Part shown: positions 37,269-49,839 of the stretch, in pieces | Layout: every line of letters starts with the position of its first letter | Numbering within the stretch: the stretch's first letter is position 1 | Source: a virus | Taxonomy: Duplodnaviria > Caudoviricetes | Strand: one strand, 5' to 3' | Virus record (IMG/VR): IMGVR_UViG_3300017763_000017 | Span: 1 to 58,534 of that record | Length of the DNA: 58,534 nt | Translations under genes and position numbers: made by a program | Notes under the pieces: generated by a model | What the model saw: the letters and a program-made list of their open reading frames with translations, nothing else | The model's database searches: none | What the model was told of the DNA's origin: nothing

Positions 37269-38465
37269 TTATCCTCCTACGGTGTTTTCTGATTCTGGAA
37301 CAAACTCTAACACGATAGTTTCTATACTATTTATGGGTTTATATTCAACTTTAAGTACAAAGTTACCAATATTAGCAATTTCTGGTGGGTTGTTAGTTTC
37401 GTCACAGGTTACAGTAAATGACTCAATTCCGAATTGGTTTTGTACCGACTGTAGAAGTGCAGTAACTCGATTTGTAACCGAAAGTCTAGTTGAAAAATCG
37501 TTAACTTCAAAAAGAGCTTCTCTTGTGATAAGTCCGACTTCTTCTTGTAAGTAAAGTAGTAGATTTACTAAACCAATTTTTTCTCCTGTCGCAGTCTTAT
37601 CACCAAACAAGAGAATTCCTTGATTTGCAAAAGAGATAATTGGATTTATATTATTTGCATATAAAGCATCTGCACTAGCACCGGTAAGAGGGCTTACCAG
37701 TTTGTAAGCGTTTAGAATCTTACCTCTACTAAATCCGGCTGGTGATGCCCAATTATTTGCAACTCTTCTTGATCTTGACATACATCCTACTACATCTGCC
37801 GCAAGATTAATTTGAATTGGTCCACCATATAATGCCAACTCATTGTCTATCGAACTTGCAGGTGGAATGTATTCTTTCTTACCAAATACCCAAACATCAT
37901 ATTTTGTATTTGCGGATCCGGGGAATGCTGAAAGATTTGCATCCTGTGTATCGTGTACTGCTAATAAATCATTTCCCCTATCAGTTCGTATTTGAGTTAA
38001 CACAACACTACCAACCGTACCATCGACATCACCAGAAAATACACAATCTAATGGTAAGTTTGATGATGTGAATGGATCTGCGGTCTGTAGTCCGACTATA
38101 ACCTGAGAACCATATTGTGCTGCTGTTTCTATAGTATGAAACTGATGTCTTAGAGTTGCACCACTAGGTCCACTTGGGAATCTAACTTCATCTTTATTTG
38201 ATGCATATGACGCACCAACACCACCAGAAAATCCCGGAAAATTAAATCCTGCACTATTTCCAGAATTTAGAGTTAGTCTTGAGTTTAAGTCTTGTAAACT
38301 TGTAAAATGAATATAACCCTGAGAAACTTCTGATGTGGTTCCTAGAGCTTTAATTATAACGTCATCTGCTACAACTGCACCAGCTATAAATGTGCCTGAG
38401 GCTTCACCAGAAGATGGTCTAAATGTATCTTCTGAAATTTTAACTGTAACTGAGGGTAAAGCCAT
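37269..38465 (-). CDS. 18: Tail sheath protein gp18, short and divergent (398 aa)
   Basis: W.SPAG.SRG.I, LY.N.INPI..F..QG..LFGDKT, LFE.ND..TR, CDETNN.P, KP..SI..I.L.FV; between 17 and 19. Confidence 0.85.
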   Translation of the reverse strand: MALPSVTVKISEDTFRPSSGEASGTFIAGAVVADDVIIKALGTTSEVSQGYIHFTSLQDLNSRLTLNSGNSAGFNFPGFSGGVGASYASNKDEVRFPSGPSGATLRHQFHTIETAAQYGSQVIVGLQTADPFTSSNLPLDCVFSGDVDGTVGSVVLTQIRTDRGNDLLAVHDTQDANLSAFPGSANTKYDVWVFGKKEYIPPASSIDNELALYGGPIQINLAADVVGCMSRSRRVANNWASPAGFSRGKILNAYKLVSPLTGASADALYANNINPIISFANQGILLFGDKTATGEKIGLVNLLLYLQEEVGLITREALFEVNDFSTRLSVTNRVTALLQSVQNQFGIESFTVTCDETNNPPEIANIGNFVLKVEYKPINSIETIVLEFVPESENTVGG

Positions 38466-38494
38466 TATATTCTCCTATATATGGGATCAATTTA

Positions 38495-40590
<2,096 letters not shown>

Positions 40591-40601
<11 letters not shown>

Positions 40602-41331
40602 ACTCAATATCTCCAATACTAAAGTCTAATGTACTACCACTAACTCCGGTAGTCTGTGTAGTTTGTGAAAACTCATCGTTCAACCCTGATATCTCAATCA
40701 TACTAGATGAAGAATCTACAATAACAGTTTCGTTTTTAATTTCAGTATATAATCTGGTTTTGCATGTAAATGCAAATGTAGATGCAACAATTCTTCTATC
40801 TAAAAAGTTTCCATCAAAAGTTTCTTGTACTGCAACATTACCTAATGTTATAGGAACATCTAGTTTAGAGTCAACCGCATTAAAATTGAGAGTAACTATA
40901 AATTCTGGAGAAAAGTATGGAACTATTTGCTCAACAATTTGTAAATTATCGTCCATATTTCTAGAAAAAGCAAAAAGTGTAAATCCGACGTTGTATGGAA
41001 CTTCTTGATACATTGTCTGTGTGCCTTCACCCGCAACAGAATATCTTCGTTTATTTAATTTATTTAAATGTCTAGTAGGATCGTAATCTATACCGGTCAT
41101 TTCAAAACCAAGTCTTGGTAAAGAAACTTCAATTTTAGTTTCATCACTAATACCACTTTGCTGTTCTAATCTTTGTATAAACTTTTCTTTCGATGAATAT
41201 ATTAGAGGAACTTTTAATTTTGAATTTATAGTTTCATTTGCATTTTTTCTTTCGACATAAATCTCGTTAAATAAAGATCCAAATGCAACGGTTAGTTTTC
41301 TTAAAGACTCGTTGTAGAAATGTCCAAACAT
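40591..41331 (-). CDS. 15: Tail sheath stabiliser / completion protein gp15
   Basis: FY.E..RK....FG.LFN.I, VPL.Y..KEKF, LPR..FE, QIVEQI.PYF.P. Confidence 0.95.
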
Positions 41332-42266
41332 CAGTAGTTACCCTCCGAGAATGGATCCTTGTCTGTAAAGTCAAACAAGTTTTTATCTGTCTTTTCTTTT
41401 TCTAGGTCCAAACTATCTAAAAGATCTTCTGTGGTTCCGGGTCTAGTTGGAATCTTAAGGTTTAGTGAACCAAACGATTCAATTGCTCCAACAGCTCCAC
41501 TACTTTGTCCATAAATATATTCACCAATTTCAACATTAAATGATCCGGACATACTTCCTATTATAAGAAGTCCATCTTCCTTCGAATTCCATTCGAACAC
41601 CTTACCTATACCAGTTGCATTGTCTATCGAAGGTGCTGTAGGTCCGGTGGGACCATTTCCAGTAATATGGAAAGCTTGCTCACCAAGTATAAAGTCTGTG
41701 GTACTACCAGTTAATCCTAAGTATAATTCAAAAGCCTGAGTATGTTGTTCAGTTTCGACATCATCAATAAAACTTTGATCTGTTTCAAACTCTTCGTGTG
41801 AGTAAGTAAACGCCTCACAACTAAGAACAAACGTATATCTTTTACCCAAAGGATAAAATGGATTTTCGTGTTCAACAAAGTTTATTTCAAATATTGTGTC
41901 ACTAAGAGGAAAGTAGATTAGATCCCCTTCTCTGGGTCTTGGCAATTCAGAATCTGTTCTGGAAATTAAATCTTCAAATACTTTGCGTGAAACTACAAGT
42001 TCAACTCGATCTTTTAGTTCTATTCCAAACTTGCTAATTATATCGCCCTGACCTTCGAATCCATTCACGGATTTAACATACATTTCTATTTTGTACGACC
42101 CTTTAAATTTTGATATAGGGTCTTCACCGTATAGGTAATCTTTATTAAACTGCTTTCTTGGTATGTAATAAACATCACGACCCATAGCACTTATGGTTTC
42201 TCGCGTTAAATCTTCTACGAGTCTTTGTTCACTCGTGTTGTCGTAAAAATACGGATTCTTAGCCAT
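41331..42266 (-). CDS. 14: Neck protein gp14
   Basis: EQ.L.EDL..E.I...G.DVYYIPR, RPREGDLIYFPL, FEI.FVEHE.PFY.LG, DF...DPF. Confidence 0.95.
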   Translation of the reverse strand: MAKNPYFYDNTSEQRLVEDLTRETISAMGRDVYYIPRKQFNKDYLYGEDPISKFKGSYKIEMYVKSVNGFEGQGDIISKFGIELKDRVELVVSRKVFEDLISRTDSELPRPREGDLIYFPLSDTIFEINFVEHENPFYPLGKRYTFVLSCEAFTYSHEEFETDQSFIDDVETEQHTQAFELYLGLTGSTTDFILGEQAFHITGNGPTGPTAPSIDNATGIGKVFEWNSKEDGLLIIGSMSGSFNVEIGEYIYGQSSGAVGAIESFGSLNLKIPTRPGTTEDLLDSLDLEKEKTDKNLFDFTDKDPFSEGNY

Positions 42267-42270
42267 TTAA

Positions 42271-43074
42271 TTATCCCGTCATGAAATCAACTGGTAGTTC
42301 GTACTGCGAGTAGAACTTCTGTTCTATTTCATCAATTTCTCGTTCTGCTTCTGACTGTATTTGTCCGCCACGAAGAACAACTCCACCCGGCATTTGTACG
42401 CCGTCATACTTAGCAAGATTAGATCCCCACTGTCTTTTTATAAGTGCAGTGGTATATTCTTTGAGAAGACGATCATTAAATATTTCGGTGTATGTGTTTT
42501 CGTTAAGTGCAGCATAGGCTTCTATTACGATATACTCGTCAGTTGCAATTTCACTCCACTTCATGTCAATGTGAAGTTTATTTGTAACCTTACTAAAACG
42601 AATTGCCTTTTCTGGTTGGAAAAAGTCTTCGATCATATTGATATATCTCTTAGTAGAATCATAAGAAGCAAGTCCCTGAGAGACTGCTGCGTTGAGACCT
42701 CTGTTGACACCGAAATAATCGGAAAGTGCTAGTTGATACCTAACGTCAAACATATTAATGTTTGAGAATTGACCAAACTGAAACACCTTTAGAACTGTCA
42801 GGATATCAGAACCTCTGGGTCCATCTCCAGTAGGTCCATTTACAGGTCCAATATCATTGGTAAGAATGTATTTTTGTTCTTTGTCTGCTTCGGTGATCTT
42901 ATGTGAGAAAAATACCCTTTCCACTCCGTCGAAGTGTCTTTCTCTAAAGAACTCTAAGGCATCGTCCAGTCTGTCTTCTGCTTGTGTGTAATCTACGTTA
43001 ATTTCGATAACAGGAGCGCCAAGACGCTTGAACGCATATTCTATAAGTGTTTCTCTGGAATTGGGATGGGCCAT
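42271..43074 (-). CDS. 13: Neck protein gp13
   Basis: LI.YA..RLGAPVIEINVD, HFDG, LKEY.TALIKRQWG.NL.KY.G.Q.PGG. Confidence 0.96.
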   Translation of the reverse strand: MAHPNSRETLIEYAFKRLGAPVIEINVDYTQAEDRLDDALEFFRERHFDGVERVFFSHKITEADKEQKYILTNDIGPVNGPTGDGPRGSDILTVLKVFQFGQFSNINMFDVRYQLALSDYFGVNRGLNAAVSQGLASYDSTKRYINMIEDFFQPEKAIRFSKVTNKLHIDMKWSEIATDEYIVIEAYAALNENTYTEIFNDRLLKEYTTALIKRQWGSNLAKYDGVQMPGGVVLRGGQIQSEAEREIDEIEQKFYSQYELPVDFMTG

Positions 43075-43089
43075 AGATACCTCCTTGGA

Positions 43090-43097
43090 TATTTATG
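43090..43097 (-). promoter_or_regulatory. Late promoter CATAAATA upstream of gene 13
   Basis: TAAATA core followed by AAGGAGG RBS. Confidence 0.65.
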
Positions 43098-43115
43098 GCC
43101 TTCCCGATTCTAAGC

Positions 43116-43571
43116 TCAGGATTCTTCTTTATTTTCTGTTTCTGGAACCTCTGGTGTGGTAACAGTAATGGAGTTAATTTCAGAATCTTTCATGTTTTCA
43201 ATGTAATATCTTCTGGTTATTGGTGATATTCCCTCGTCGGGATCTGAAACCATATAATTACCAAATCCGGGCATTTTTAGAGGACATTCTAACTTTGGAT
43301 AATCTAACTTAGAATATTCTTCTTCAGTACCATTCAACCAAGTACCTTTTCTGTCCCCACAACCACACCCACCACAATAATATTTTCCTTTGGTGGTACT
43401 ATTTTTTAGGTGTTCACATGGTGGTAGTTCACCACCACTATGTTCATTACCAAAACAACTAAGAACTCGAAGCTTTTTTATCGTGGGGTCAGTTTTTTTG
43501 TTAGTTAGTCCCCGAGAAATCATAGCTTCAGCATAGCTTTTTGCCATACCTAAACCTTTTCTAATATCCAT
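43116..43571 (-). CDS. Cys-rich hypothetical protein (possible Zn-binding)
   Basis: R...C..PCEHL..YYCGGCGCG..LECP; GGAGG RBS. Confidence 0.65.
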   Translation of the reverse strand: MDIRKGLGMAKSYAEAMISRGLTNKKTDPTIKKLRVLSCFGNEHSGGELPPCEHLKNSTTKGKYYCGGCGCGDRKGTWLNGTEEEYSKLDYPKLECPLKMPGFGNYMVSDPDEGISPITRRYYIENMKDSEINSITVTTPEVPETENKEES

Positions 43572-43589
43572 TAAAAACCTCCGTAAATT

Positions 43590-45020
43590 TCATACAGTAT
43601 AATCTGCATCTGCAACATAATGAAAGAAAATCTCATCAAATATTACATACCCAGATAGAGGAAGAACTCTAACTCCCTTAATATTTGGTGTAACTTGGAA
43701 AGTATCTGATCCTGTTGTGTGTGTTCTAGTTCCACCATATCCAGTAGTACCAGAAGAAAGTCTCATATCTAGTCCAGAAGATCTATTGAATGGATCAGTT
43801 TCAGTTCCGGACTGCGGAGAATAAACAGTTACGGTTGGAGTATCTCGCATTTCCACACCGAAATCGACGTATGTTGTTTCGCCTGTGTTTGGTGCAACAT
43901 GAAAACGAGCTGGAGTAAAATCTGGTTCAGATGTAGTTGACATTGTAGAAGAACCAGTTTCAACTCCTAATCCGTATGTACGTTGATAATATCTTGAGCA
44001 CTTGGATAGTTCGATTTTTGGGTCTGTTTCCTCGAAATATGGAGCACTTGAAAGAGTTGTTCCCTGAGAAGAGAAAACTCTAATGTTAGAGAAATCCCAA
44101 TTTGCAGAGGTAATAGTCGTTCCCAAATTAGTCTTAAACCCAATAGCAGTATATCCGTCTCCAGTTGCACCTGAATGTGTACCAACAGATGCATTGTGGT
44201 TTACGTTGAAGTAAGTCCAGTTAGATGTACTTGGTGTAATTGTAGTAGAAAATTCTTCTGTGGTGTATGTTGTACCATCGGGAATACTAGTTTTGATGTA
44301 CGGAGTTAGTGTAACCCCAGTACCGCTGTTTAGTCTCACATAACCGTCGATGGTTACAGTCTCGCCTACAAATTTCGTTTGACCTTCAATTTTATTTTCC
44401 AGACCATGAAAATCCGATGCAAACAAAGTACCAAACGCCAAGTCTAAGTTTAAGTAGTATGTTGGATTGCCCGGAACTTCAGTTTGTCCCTTGCTGAAAG
44501 AAACTTGCGTTACCTCCTTTTTTCCACCCCCACCATATGCTGCTGGTCTGTTGGTATTGAAGCACCATCTATCTGCTAAGTAATTTGCACTCTTCGCTGT
44601 AAATGACGTACCTCTTTGCCAAACATCAAAATTACCATTTATGAGTTGATTTTTTATTGTGAATTCGTGTGGTCCGGTGCCAACTGCACCAGTTTCGCCC
44701 CTCTCACCCGTATCACCAGTTAGTGCTATAACAACCGCACCTGTTTGTCCGTTAACAGAAGTAACTGGAGCACCAGTAATAGAACCTGTAACTACAAGAT
44801 CACCTGAAATTGTAACACCAGAAATTGTATCGGAAACAGAAATAGTCGCAGTGCCCCCAGTTGGAGCAACTACGTTAATACCAGTAGATCCTGCTAAATT
44901 GTATATGTTTAGAAGGTTTAACTTTTCAATGATTTCGGTATTTTCTTTTACAACCCAATCATAGAAAGTTGTATTTGCGTTTAAATCTGGTATGTTGTAA
45001 CTAGTGTCTTCTACACCCAT
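43590..45020 (-). CDS. Baseplate-associated fibre with carbohydrate-binding-like domain
   Basis: TFYDW..K.N N-terminus, VTSVNGQTGAV, short Gly-X-Y, NQLINGNFDVWQRGTSF..ADRW, EL.KC.RYYQ, HY.ADA. Confidence 0.75.
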   Translation of the reverse strand: MGVEDTSYNIPDLNANTTFYDWVVKENTEIIEKLNLLNIYNLAGSTGINVVAPTGGTATISVSDTISGVTISGDLVVTGSITGAPVTSVNGQTGAVVIALTGDTGERGETGAVGTGPHEFTIKNQLINGNFDVWQRGTSFTAKSANYLADRWCFNTNRPAAYGGGGKKEVTQVSFSKGQTEVPGNPTYYLNLDLAFGTLFASDFHGLENKIEGQTKFVGETVTIDGYVRLNSGTGVTLTPYIKTSIPDGTTYTTEEFSTTITPSTSNWTYFNVNHNASVGTHSGATGDGYTAIGFKTNLGTTITSANWDFSNIRVFSSQGTTLSSAPYFEETDPKIELSKCSRYYQRTYGLGVETGSSTMSTTSEPDFTPARFHVAPNTGETTYVDFGVEMRDTPTVTVYSPQSGTETDPFNRSSGLDMRLSSGTTGYGGTRTHTTGSDTFQVTPNIKGVRVLPLSGYVIFDEIFFHYVADADYTV

Positions 45021-45030
45021 TTAATTTCCC

Positions 45031-46443
45031 TCAAAATCGTTGTATTACTTGAGCAAAAAATCGTTTATTTACTGTGCTACTAGAATCAATAGAAAATCTA
45101 GTACTAGCTATATGTAGTGTCTTTCCTGAATTTTGTTTTACATCAGGACGAGTAACCGAAGTTACTGTATATTCTTCGCTTGTTTTTCCTAATTTGATCT
45201 TATCACCAGTTTCAACATCATTTACATTTAGAGTATGAATTTCCAGACCAATTGTAAATGCAGTTGGCTGTGTGGATGCAACAACTTTATCAGTGGAAGA
45301 TCTTGTAGTACCTACTGACTTTGTTAAGTTGACAGAATCTCCAACAACAAAATTTCCAGAACTTGCAGAAGCACCCGAGAGTGGTGCAATTACAGTTTTC
45401 AATTGATTGGATATACCACTACTGGAAAAATCACCCGTAAATAATGGAGTAGAATTATTTTTTACCACATTCTCGTAAATACCAAAGTTAAAAAACTCTT
45501 TTTGATCTACAGTTGATGCAATTGTTGTCGAGTCGGTTTCTATATTAACAAGAGCGTATTTTGCACCCAATATTTCTCTAATATTCATACCTTCGGGTAC
45601 ACTAAATCCTAAAGTAATAGAATTGAAAATATCTAATATTTGAGATGCACTTTCTTTTGTCAAAATTGCAGTTAGACTGTCTCGTAAAGCTAAATCTCTA
45701 TATGTTGTCACTCCGGGATTTACAAACTTAACACCTACAATCTTGTATTCTTTTTCGCTTAATGTTGTATAAGGACTTGACACAACAATAGTTTCTAACT
45801 GTATAGAAGCTCCAGTTCCAGAATCACTTATAATTGGAATAATTGGATCCTTTGCTTTTATAACTAAATTACTTTCGGATATAGTAGATAAATCAATTTC
45901 AAGTGATGTAATTTTACCTGCATGTGAGGTTAGAGTTTTATCGGGAACACTAATCCATTGAGATGAATTTACATTACCTTTATCTGTTGCAGATATTGTA
46001 TATAAAAACAAATAAGTATAACCATCTCCATAAGTTACAACACCACTTGTATGTGTTGGTGGTGTACTAACGGGTATAGTTTTATTATCCTCTTTTGTAT
46101 TTAAATCTGAGTTACCCAAAATAAGATATACGTTGTTGTTGTATGAAACGTAATAGTTATTATCTGGTTTTTTATCAGTATTCCATTTGCCATATATTTG
46201 ACCACGTACCCATTTCACATCTGCAACCACCACGTTTACTGTAGCTGGATTTACTCTACCAATAAAAGAAGAATCCTTGAATGATTCTCTTCTTCTGTTT
46301 TCATTATTTAAATCTGCGGATGTTTCTGCAGAATCACCACCCAAGAAGTATGATAGTATTCTTTGGTTGTTTTTTACAGATGTAACAAAATCAGTTGCGT
46401 TTGCTACAGAGAGATTTGTTGCGTCTAATGAAGATATCGTCAT
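45031..46443 (-). CDS. 8: Baseplate wedge protein gp8-like
   Basis: W..G.IY, YYV..N.VY....N, ST.PT......DGY...FLYTI, D.K.NSG..L; follows 7-like gene. Confidence 0.75.
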   Translation of the reverse strand: MTISSLDATNLSVANATDFVTSVKNNQRILSYFLGGDSAETSADLNNENRRRESFKDSSFIGRVNPATVNVVVADVKWVRGQIYGKWNTDKKPDNNYYVSYNNNVYLILGNSDLNTKEDNKTIPVSTPPTHTSGVVTYGDGYTYLFLYTISATDKGNVNSSQWISVPDKTLTSHAGKITSLEIDLSTISESNLVIKAKDPIIPIISDSGTGASIQLETIVVSSPYTTLSEKEYKIVGVKFVNPGVTTYRDLALRDSLTAILTKESASQILDIFNSITLGFSVPEGMNIREILGAKYALVNIETDSTTIASTVDQKEFFNFGIYENVVKNNSTPLFTGDFSSSGISNQLKTVIAPLSGASASSGNFVVGDSVNLTKSVGTTRSSTDKVVASTQPTAFTIGLEIHTLNVNDVETGDKIKLGKTSEEYTVTSVTRPDVKQNSGKTLHIASTRFSIDSSSTVNKRFFAQVIQRF

Positions 46444-46447
46444 TTGA

Positions 46448-47398
46448 TTAGCACCCTGTTATACCGTGGTTTGGACTTGAGTCATATGGCATGTATAAAA
46501 ACTCGTATATATTTATACTTCCGAACGACGCTCCAGCAGGAGTAAGAACTCCATTTGGATGGGTATATGTCGGCATATCAGCGGTGTTTGCTGCAATCGC
46601 TCTCGCATGTGAACTACCAGAACATCCGGATGTATATCCTATAGTACCAGTATCTCCTTGATTATAAACCAAGTAATTTCCTATAAGTGGATTTTCAAAC
46701 GAAATTCCTCGTGACAAAGCAGTAGAAAATCCAAACTCTGCTAGCCTTTGTTCTATTCCAGAATCTTCGCTCGACTCCGTTCTTTCACTTCCTAAAGTTG
46801 AGTTAGTACTTATTGTAGTGTTTATTCCTACAGGTTTCATGTACTTATAAGCTTCTTCATAGACTGAAGTATCTTGCATTGTTCCAGAAATTTCAAGATT
46901 AATTTCTTGGTTTAATAGAGAACCTGTTACAGTAACACTTTCAACTTCTGGAAATGCTCGCACAAAGAAAAGAGCAATGCCCTCTGGTGTTCCCTTTTTG
47001 GAGATTATATCTCTTCTGAAATTTTTCAAAAACTCTTCTTCTTGACCTGCGGTGAGTCCGAGTTGAGGAATAAATGAGTTCGTGAAAGCAGATGTAGTTT
47101 CTGGTATTATATTGCTTATATCCTGAAGACTTTCTATGCTTTCAGTGTATAGTCCAGATTCTTTTGTGCAGTACAACCAATCAAAATAGTGCTGAAAGAA
47201 TTTTACAAAATTACTATTTCCTGCATAGTGTTCATCTACCAACCAATTTGGAACTACGGTTTTCACATCAAATGGTACGTTACACGATTCTGTAATAAAA
47301 TCATTTGCTGCATCTGGAGTAACTGCATTTAAAAACGATCTAACTTTTTCACTGTTAGTCAATTCATTTTGGTCTGTTGTTATAAAACTAGGATCCAT
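46448..47398 (-). CDS. Baseplate wedge initiator gp7-like, very short
   Basis: FV.F...Y.DWL, KKGT..GI..FF, Y..KPVG motifs; follows gene 6. Confidence 0.6.
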   Translation of the reverse strand: MDPSFITTDQNELTNSEKVRSFLNAVTPDAANDFITESCNVPFDVKTVVPNWLVDEHYAGNSNFVKFFQHYFDWLYCTKESGLYTESIESLQDISNIIPETTSAFTNSFIPQLGLTAGQEEEFLKNFRRDIISKKGTPEGIALFFVRAFPEVESVTVTGSLLNQEINLEISGTMQDTSVYEEAYKYMKPVGINTTISTNSTLGSERTESSEDSGIEQRLAEFGFSTALSRGISFENPLIGNYLVYNQGDTGTIGYTSGCSGSSHARAIAANTADMPTYTHPNGVLTPAGASFGSINIYEFLYMPYDSSPNHGITGC

Positions 47399-47409
47399 TA
47401 AATTTCCTC

Positions 47410-48537
47410 TTATTCGGGGGCTACTGCGCCCGTGCCATACTCAAATACAATTCCAACTATACATTTTTCATTAAGCGCATTTGTTGCTTGATTTTTTTCA
47501 TCTTCCGAAAGTTCCGGGGTTGTTGTGTAAAATACTTTACCTAACTGTGGACTGGTAAGTTCGTCTCCACCAGTTACAGTGACATTATCGAATGAGGTTA
47601 CATATCCTCTTTCAAGTAAAAATGCTTTTACGTCATCCTTGGTAACCACTCGTGATTGGGAAGAAAATACTCTGGGTATTGCAAACTTTAGGCTTTCAAT
47701 AGATGGTTCGTTTGTTCCAGTTGAAGATAATCCAGAAGATCCGATGTTGGTTATATTAGAAAGGGTGGTTGTGAAAGAGCTTACGCCATTACCCGAAGTT
47801 CCAGATGGGACAACATATGTAACTCTGATATTAGCTGTACTTTGTAAATTAGCAGAGTTAAAAATACCTGTATTTGCGTCATATACACCAGCAAACATTA
47901 CATCATATCCTGTCGCTCTTCTTTCAAGAAAGCATACTTTGGATTGTTGTGTAGTGTTTGGTTCTACTGATGTTGCAACTGCATAATCTACACCATCTAC
48001 TGTTACCTTTAGTGATTTAAATTCTATATCGGTTTCTGGTATAAACACCGACTGTGTTGTTGTATCTAAAGTTAATTCTGTATTTCTAATAATTCGTATT
48101 CCCTCGTAGACATCAAATGTTGACGGAGTATCTGCGGTCAATATTACTGGTTTGATATTATAGAAAAATTTAACTTCACCATTAGTTTTTTGACCTCGAA
48201 ATTGTGTATATGCAGGAATAGTTTGATTGGTACTAGATGTTATACTTAAAGTTGCAACTGAGGAAGTTTTGCCGGGTACGACATAACCTTGAACTTTTGC
48301 GTGTGATATTATAGATTCTAACTTTTGAGCAGAATCCAAAAACATTTCATTAACTAAAATATTCTGAAACAGAATTTGATAAAATGTATTGTATGATAAG
48401 AGGTCTATTATTGTTGATAATGCAGATCCTTCGAAGTTATAATCAGTAAACTCATTTTTACTTTTAATGTAAGTAACAAGTTCATTTTTTATTTGATCAA
48501 ATTCAAGACTCTTTAGATTAATGTTTGGTGTTGACAT
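47410..48537 (-). CDS. 6: Baseplate wedge protein gp6, short (375 aa)
   Basis: LEFD.IK..L..Y......FTDYNFEGS.LS..IDLL.YNT, NEMFLDSA, ES.K..IPR.F..Q.R.VT..D. Confidence 0.9.
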   Translation of the reverse strand: MSTPNINLKSLEFDQIKNELVTYIKSKNEFTDYNFEGSALSTIIDLLSYNTFYQILFQNILVNEMFLDSAQKLESIISHAKVQGYVVPGKTSSVATLSITSSTNQTIPAYTQFRGQKTNGEVKFFYNIKPVILTADTPSTFDVYEGIRIIRNTELTLDTTTQSVFIPETDIEFKSLKVTVDGVDYAVATSVEPNTTQQSKVCFLERRATGYDVMFAGVYDANTGIFNSANLQSTANIRVTYVVPSGTSGNGVSSFTTTLSNITNIGSSGLSSTGTNEPSIESLKFAIPRVFSSQSRVVTKDDVKAFLLERGYVTSFDNVTVTGGDELTSPQLGKVFYTTTPELSEDEKNQATNALNEKCIVGIVFEYGTGAVAPE

Positions 48538-48547
48538 AGGTTTCCTC

Positions 48548-48919
48548 TTATGAATCCAACGATATTACAGCAGTTTCTTCTACAATGTTATCAGAAAAAC
48601 GATATGTGTATTTTAAAGATAGTTCTAATTTACCACTACTATAAATTGGAGTAACTGTTTGTACATTTATTCGTGGTTCGAATGTATTTAGCAACTCTAT
48701 GATATCTAGTGGTAAAGTACTATTTGCCACAGTAGAAGATTCAAAAGTATATTTTTGTATAGACCCACCATAATTTGGACGAAATGATTTTTCTCCACCA
48801 AAACTAAGAAGTATGTTTTTTATAGACTGTTTAATTGCAGCGGAATCTGTTATTAAATTTACATCCGATGTAAAACTATTTTTAGAAAAGTTGAAATTTA
48901 TATCTGTGTAGTCTGACAT
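48548..48919 (-). CDS. 25: Baseplate wedge protein gp25
   Basis: Y.D....F, D..AIKQSIKNIL....GEK.F.P..G, FEPRI.V. Confidence 0.92.
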   Translation of the reverse strand: MSDYTDINFNFSKNSFTSDVNLITDSAAIKQSIKNILLSFGGEKSFRPNYGGSIQKYTFESSTVANSTLPLDIIELLNTFEPRINVQTVTPIYSSGKLELSLKYTYRFSDNIVEETAVISLDS

Positions 48920-48924
48920 ACAGG

Positions 48925-48932
48925 TATTTATC
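48925..48932 (-). promoter_or_regulatory. Late promoter variant GATAAATA upstream of gene 25
   Basis: TAAATA core overlapping upstream stop, 5 nt before the ATG (possible leaderless mRNA). Confidence 0.5.
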
Positions 48933-49839
48933 CTTCTTCTTCTTCTGGTGCCTTTGGTAAACTATCCCGAACAAGAACCAATTCCATTTTGTGTAATTTC
49001 ACGCCAGTAAATCTATGTGCAATGCTATTCACTAACCATTTTCCTGTAAATTTAGAATTCTTTTTGTTTGATGATAAACTAAATGTTCTGGGAGATTCTA
49101 AATCGGAATTTAAATTTTCACTTTCTAAATCTAATTGTATTACATGTCCCGGTCTAATGCTAAGATCACCCGCCACACTTATCTGAATTCTCTGACCATT
49201 GATAAGTGCTCGCTGACCCACGCTGTATAAAGGAACATAATCTGGTGTATTCCAGAAAGTCGCTATCGTATTGTTATATCTAAGATAGTCTGCAAATCTG
49301 GGACCAACTTCTGGACAATTGCAACTCAAAGATGAATTAGGATCTTCCCACAAACACCCAAGCCACTCCGATCCCAAAACTTCTTCTATCTTTGAACACT
49401 CCTTAGATTTCTCCAAAAGGTCGTCGAGTTCTTCTTCGGTAGGCTCATCATATTCTACAGTAATTCCTCTAAGAAATGTAACAGATTCTGCATAATCTGG
49501 AAAATAATCTAATATTTCTGGTATATCACCAGAAGATCCATCAACAACTGCGTACTGATTTACACCGTTTAATATTTCTTGTTTTATTTGATCTTGGAAG
49601 GTTTCGTCTTCTATCGTTACTAACTCAAATAAAGATGCAATATATTCTTTTCTGGGCATCAATTCTTGAGCAGGACAGTTACATAGAGGATCTTCTTCGG
49701 GACATCCTACATTCGAAACTGGCCCTAAAGGATTAGCACAAATATACTCATTTCTTATGGCATGGGTTTCCTCTATATTCACAGATTTTTTTCTGGGAAT
49801 ATATTCGGTTAATATTTTTATTATTGTGTCAGTTGCCAT
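48928..49839 (-). CDS. Cys-rich protein carrying the C-terminal part of a gp27-like hub
   Basis: I.ISVAGD.SI.PG.VI.L..KF.GKWLV..I.H.F..L.LVRDS hub C-terminal motif; two CNCP motifs. Confidence 0.6.
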   Translation of the reverse strand: MATDTIIKILTEYIPRKKSVNIEETHAIRNEYICANPLGPVSNVGCPEEDPLCNCPAQELMPRKEYIASLFELVTIEDETFQDQIKQEILNGVNQYAVVDGSSGDIPEILDYFPDYAESVTFLRGITVEYDEPTEEELDDLLEKSKECSKIEEVLGSEWLGCLWEDPNSSLSCNCPEVGPRFADYLRYNNTIATFWNTPDYVPLYSVGQRALINGQRIQISVAGDLSIRPGHVIQLDLESENLNSDLESPRTFSLSSNKKNSKFTGKWLVNSIAHRFTGVKLHKMELVLVRDSLPKAPEEEEG

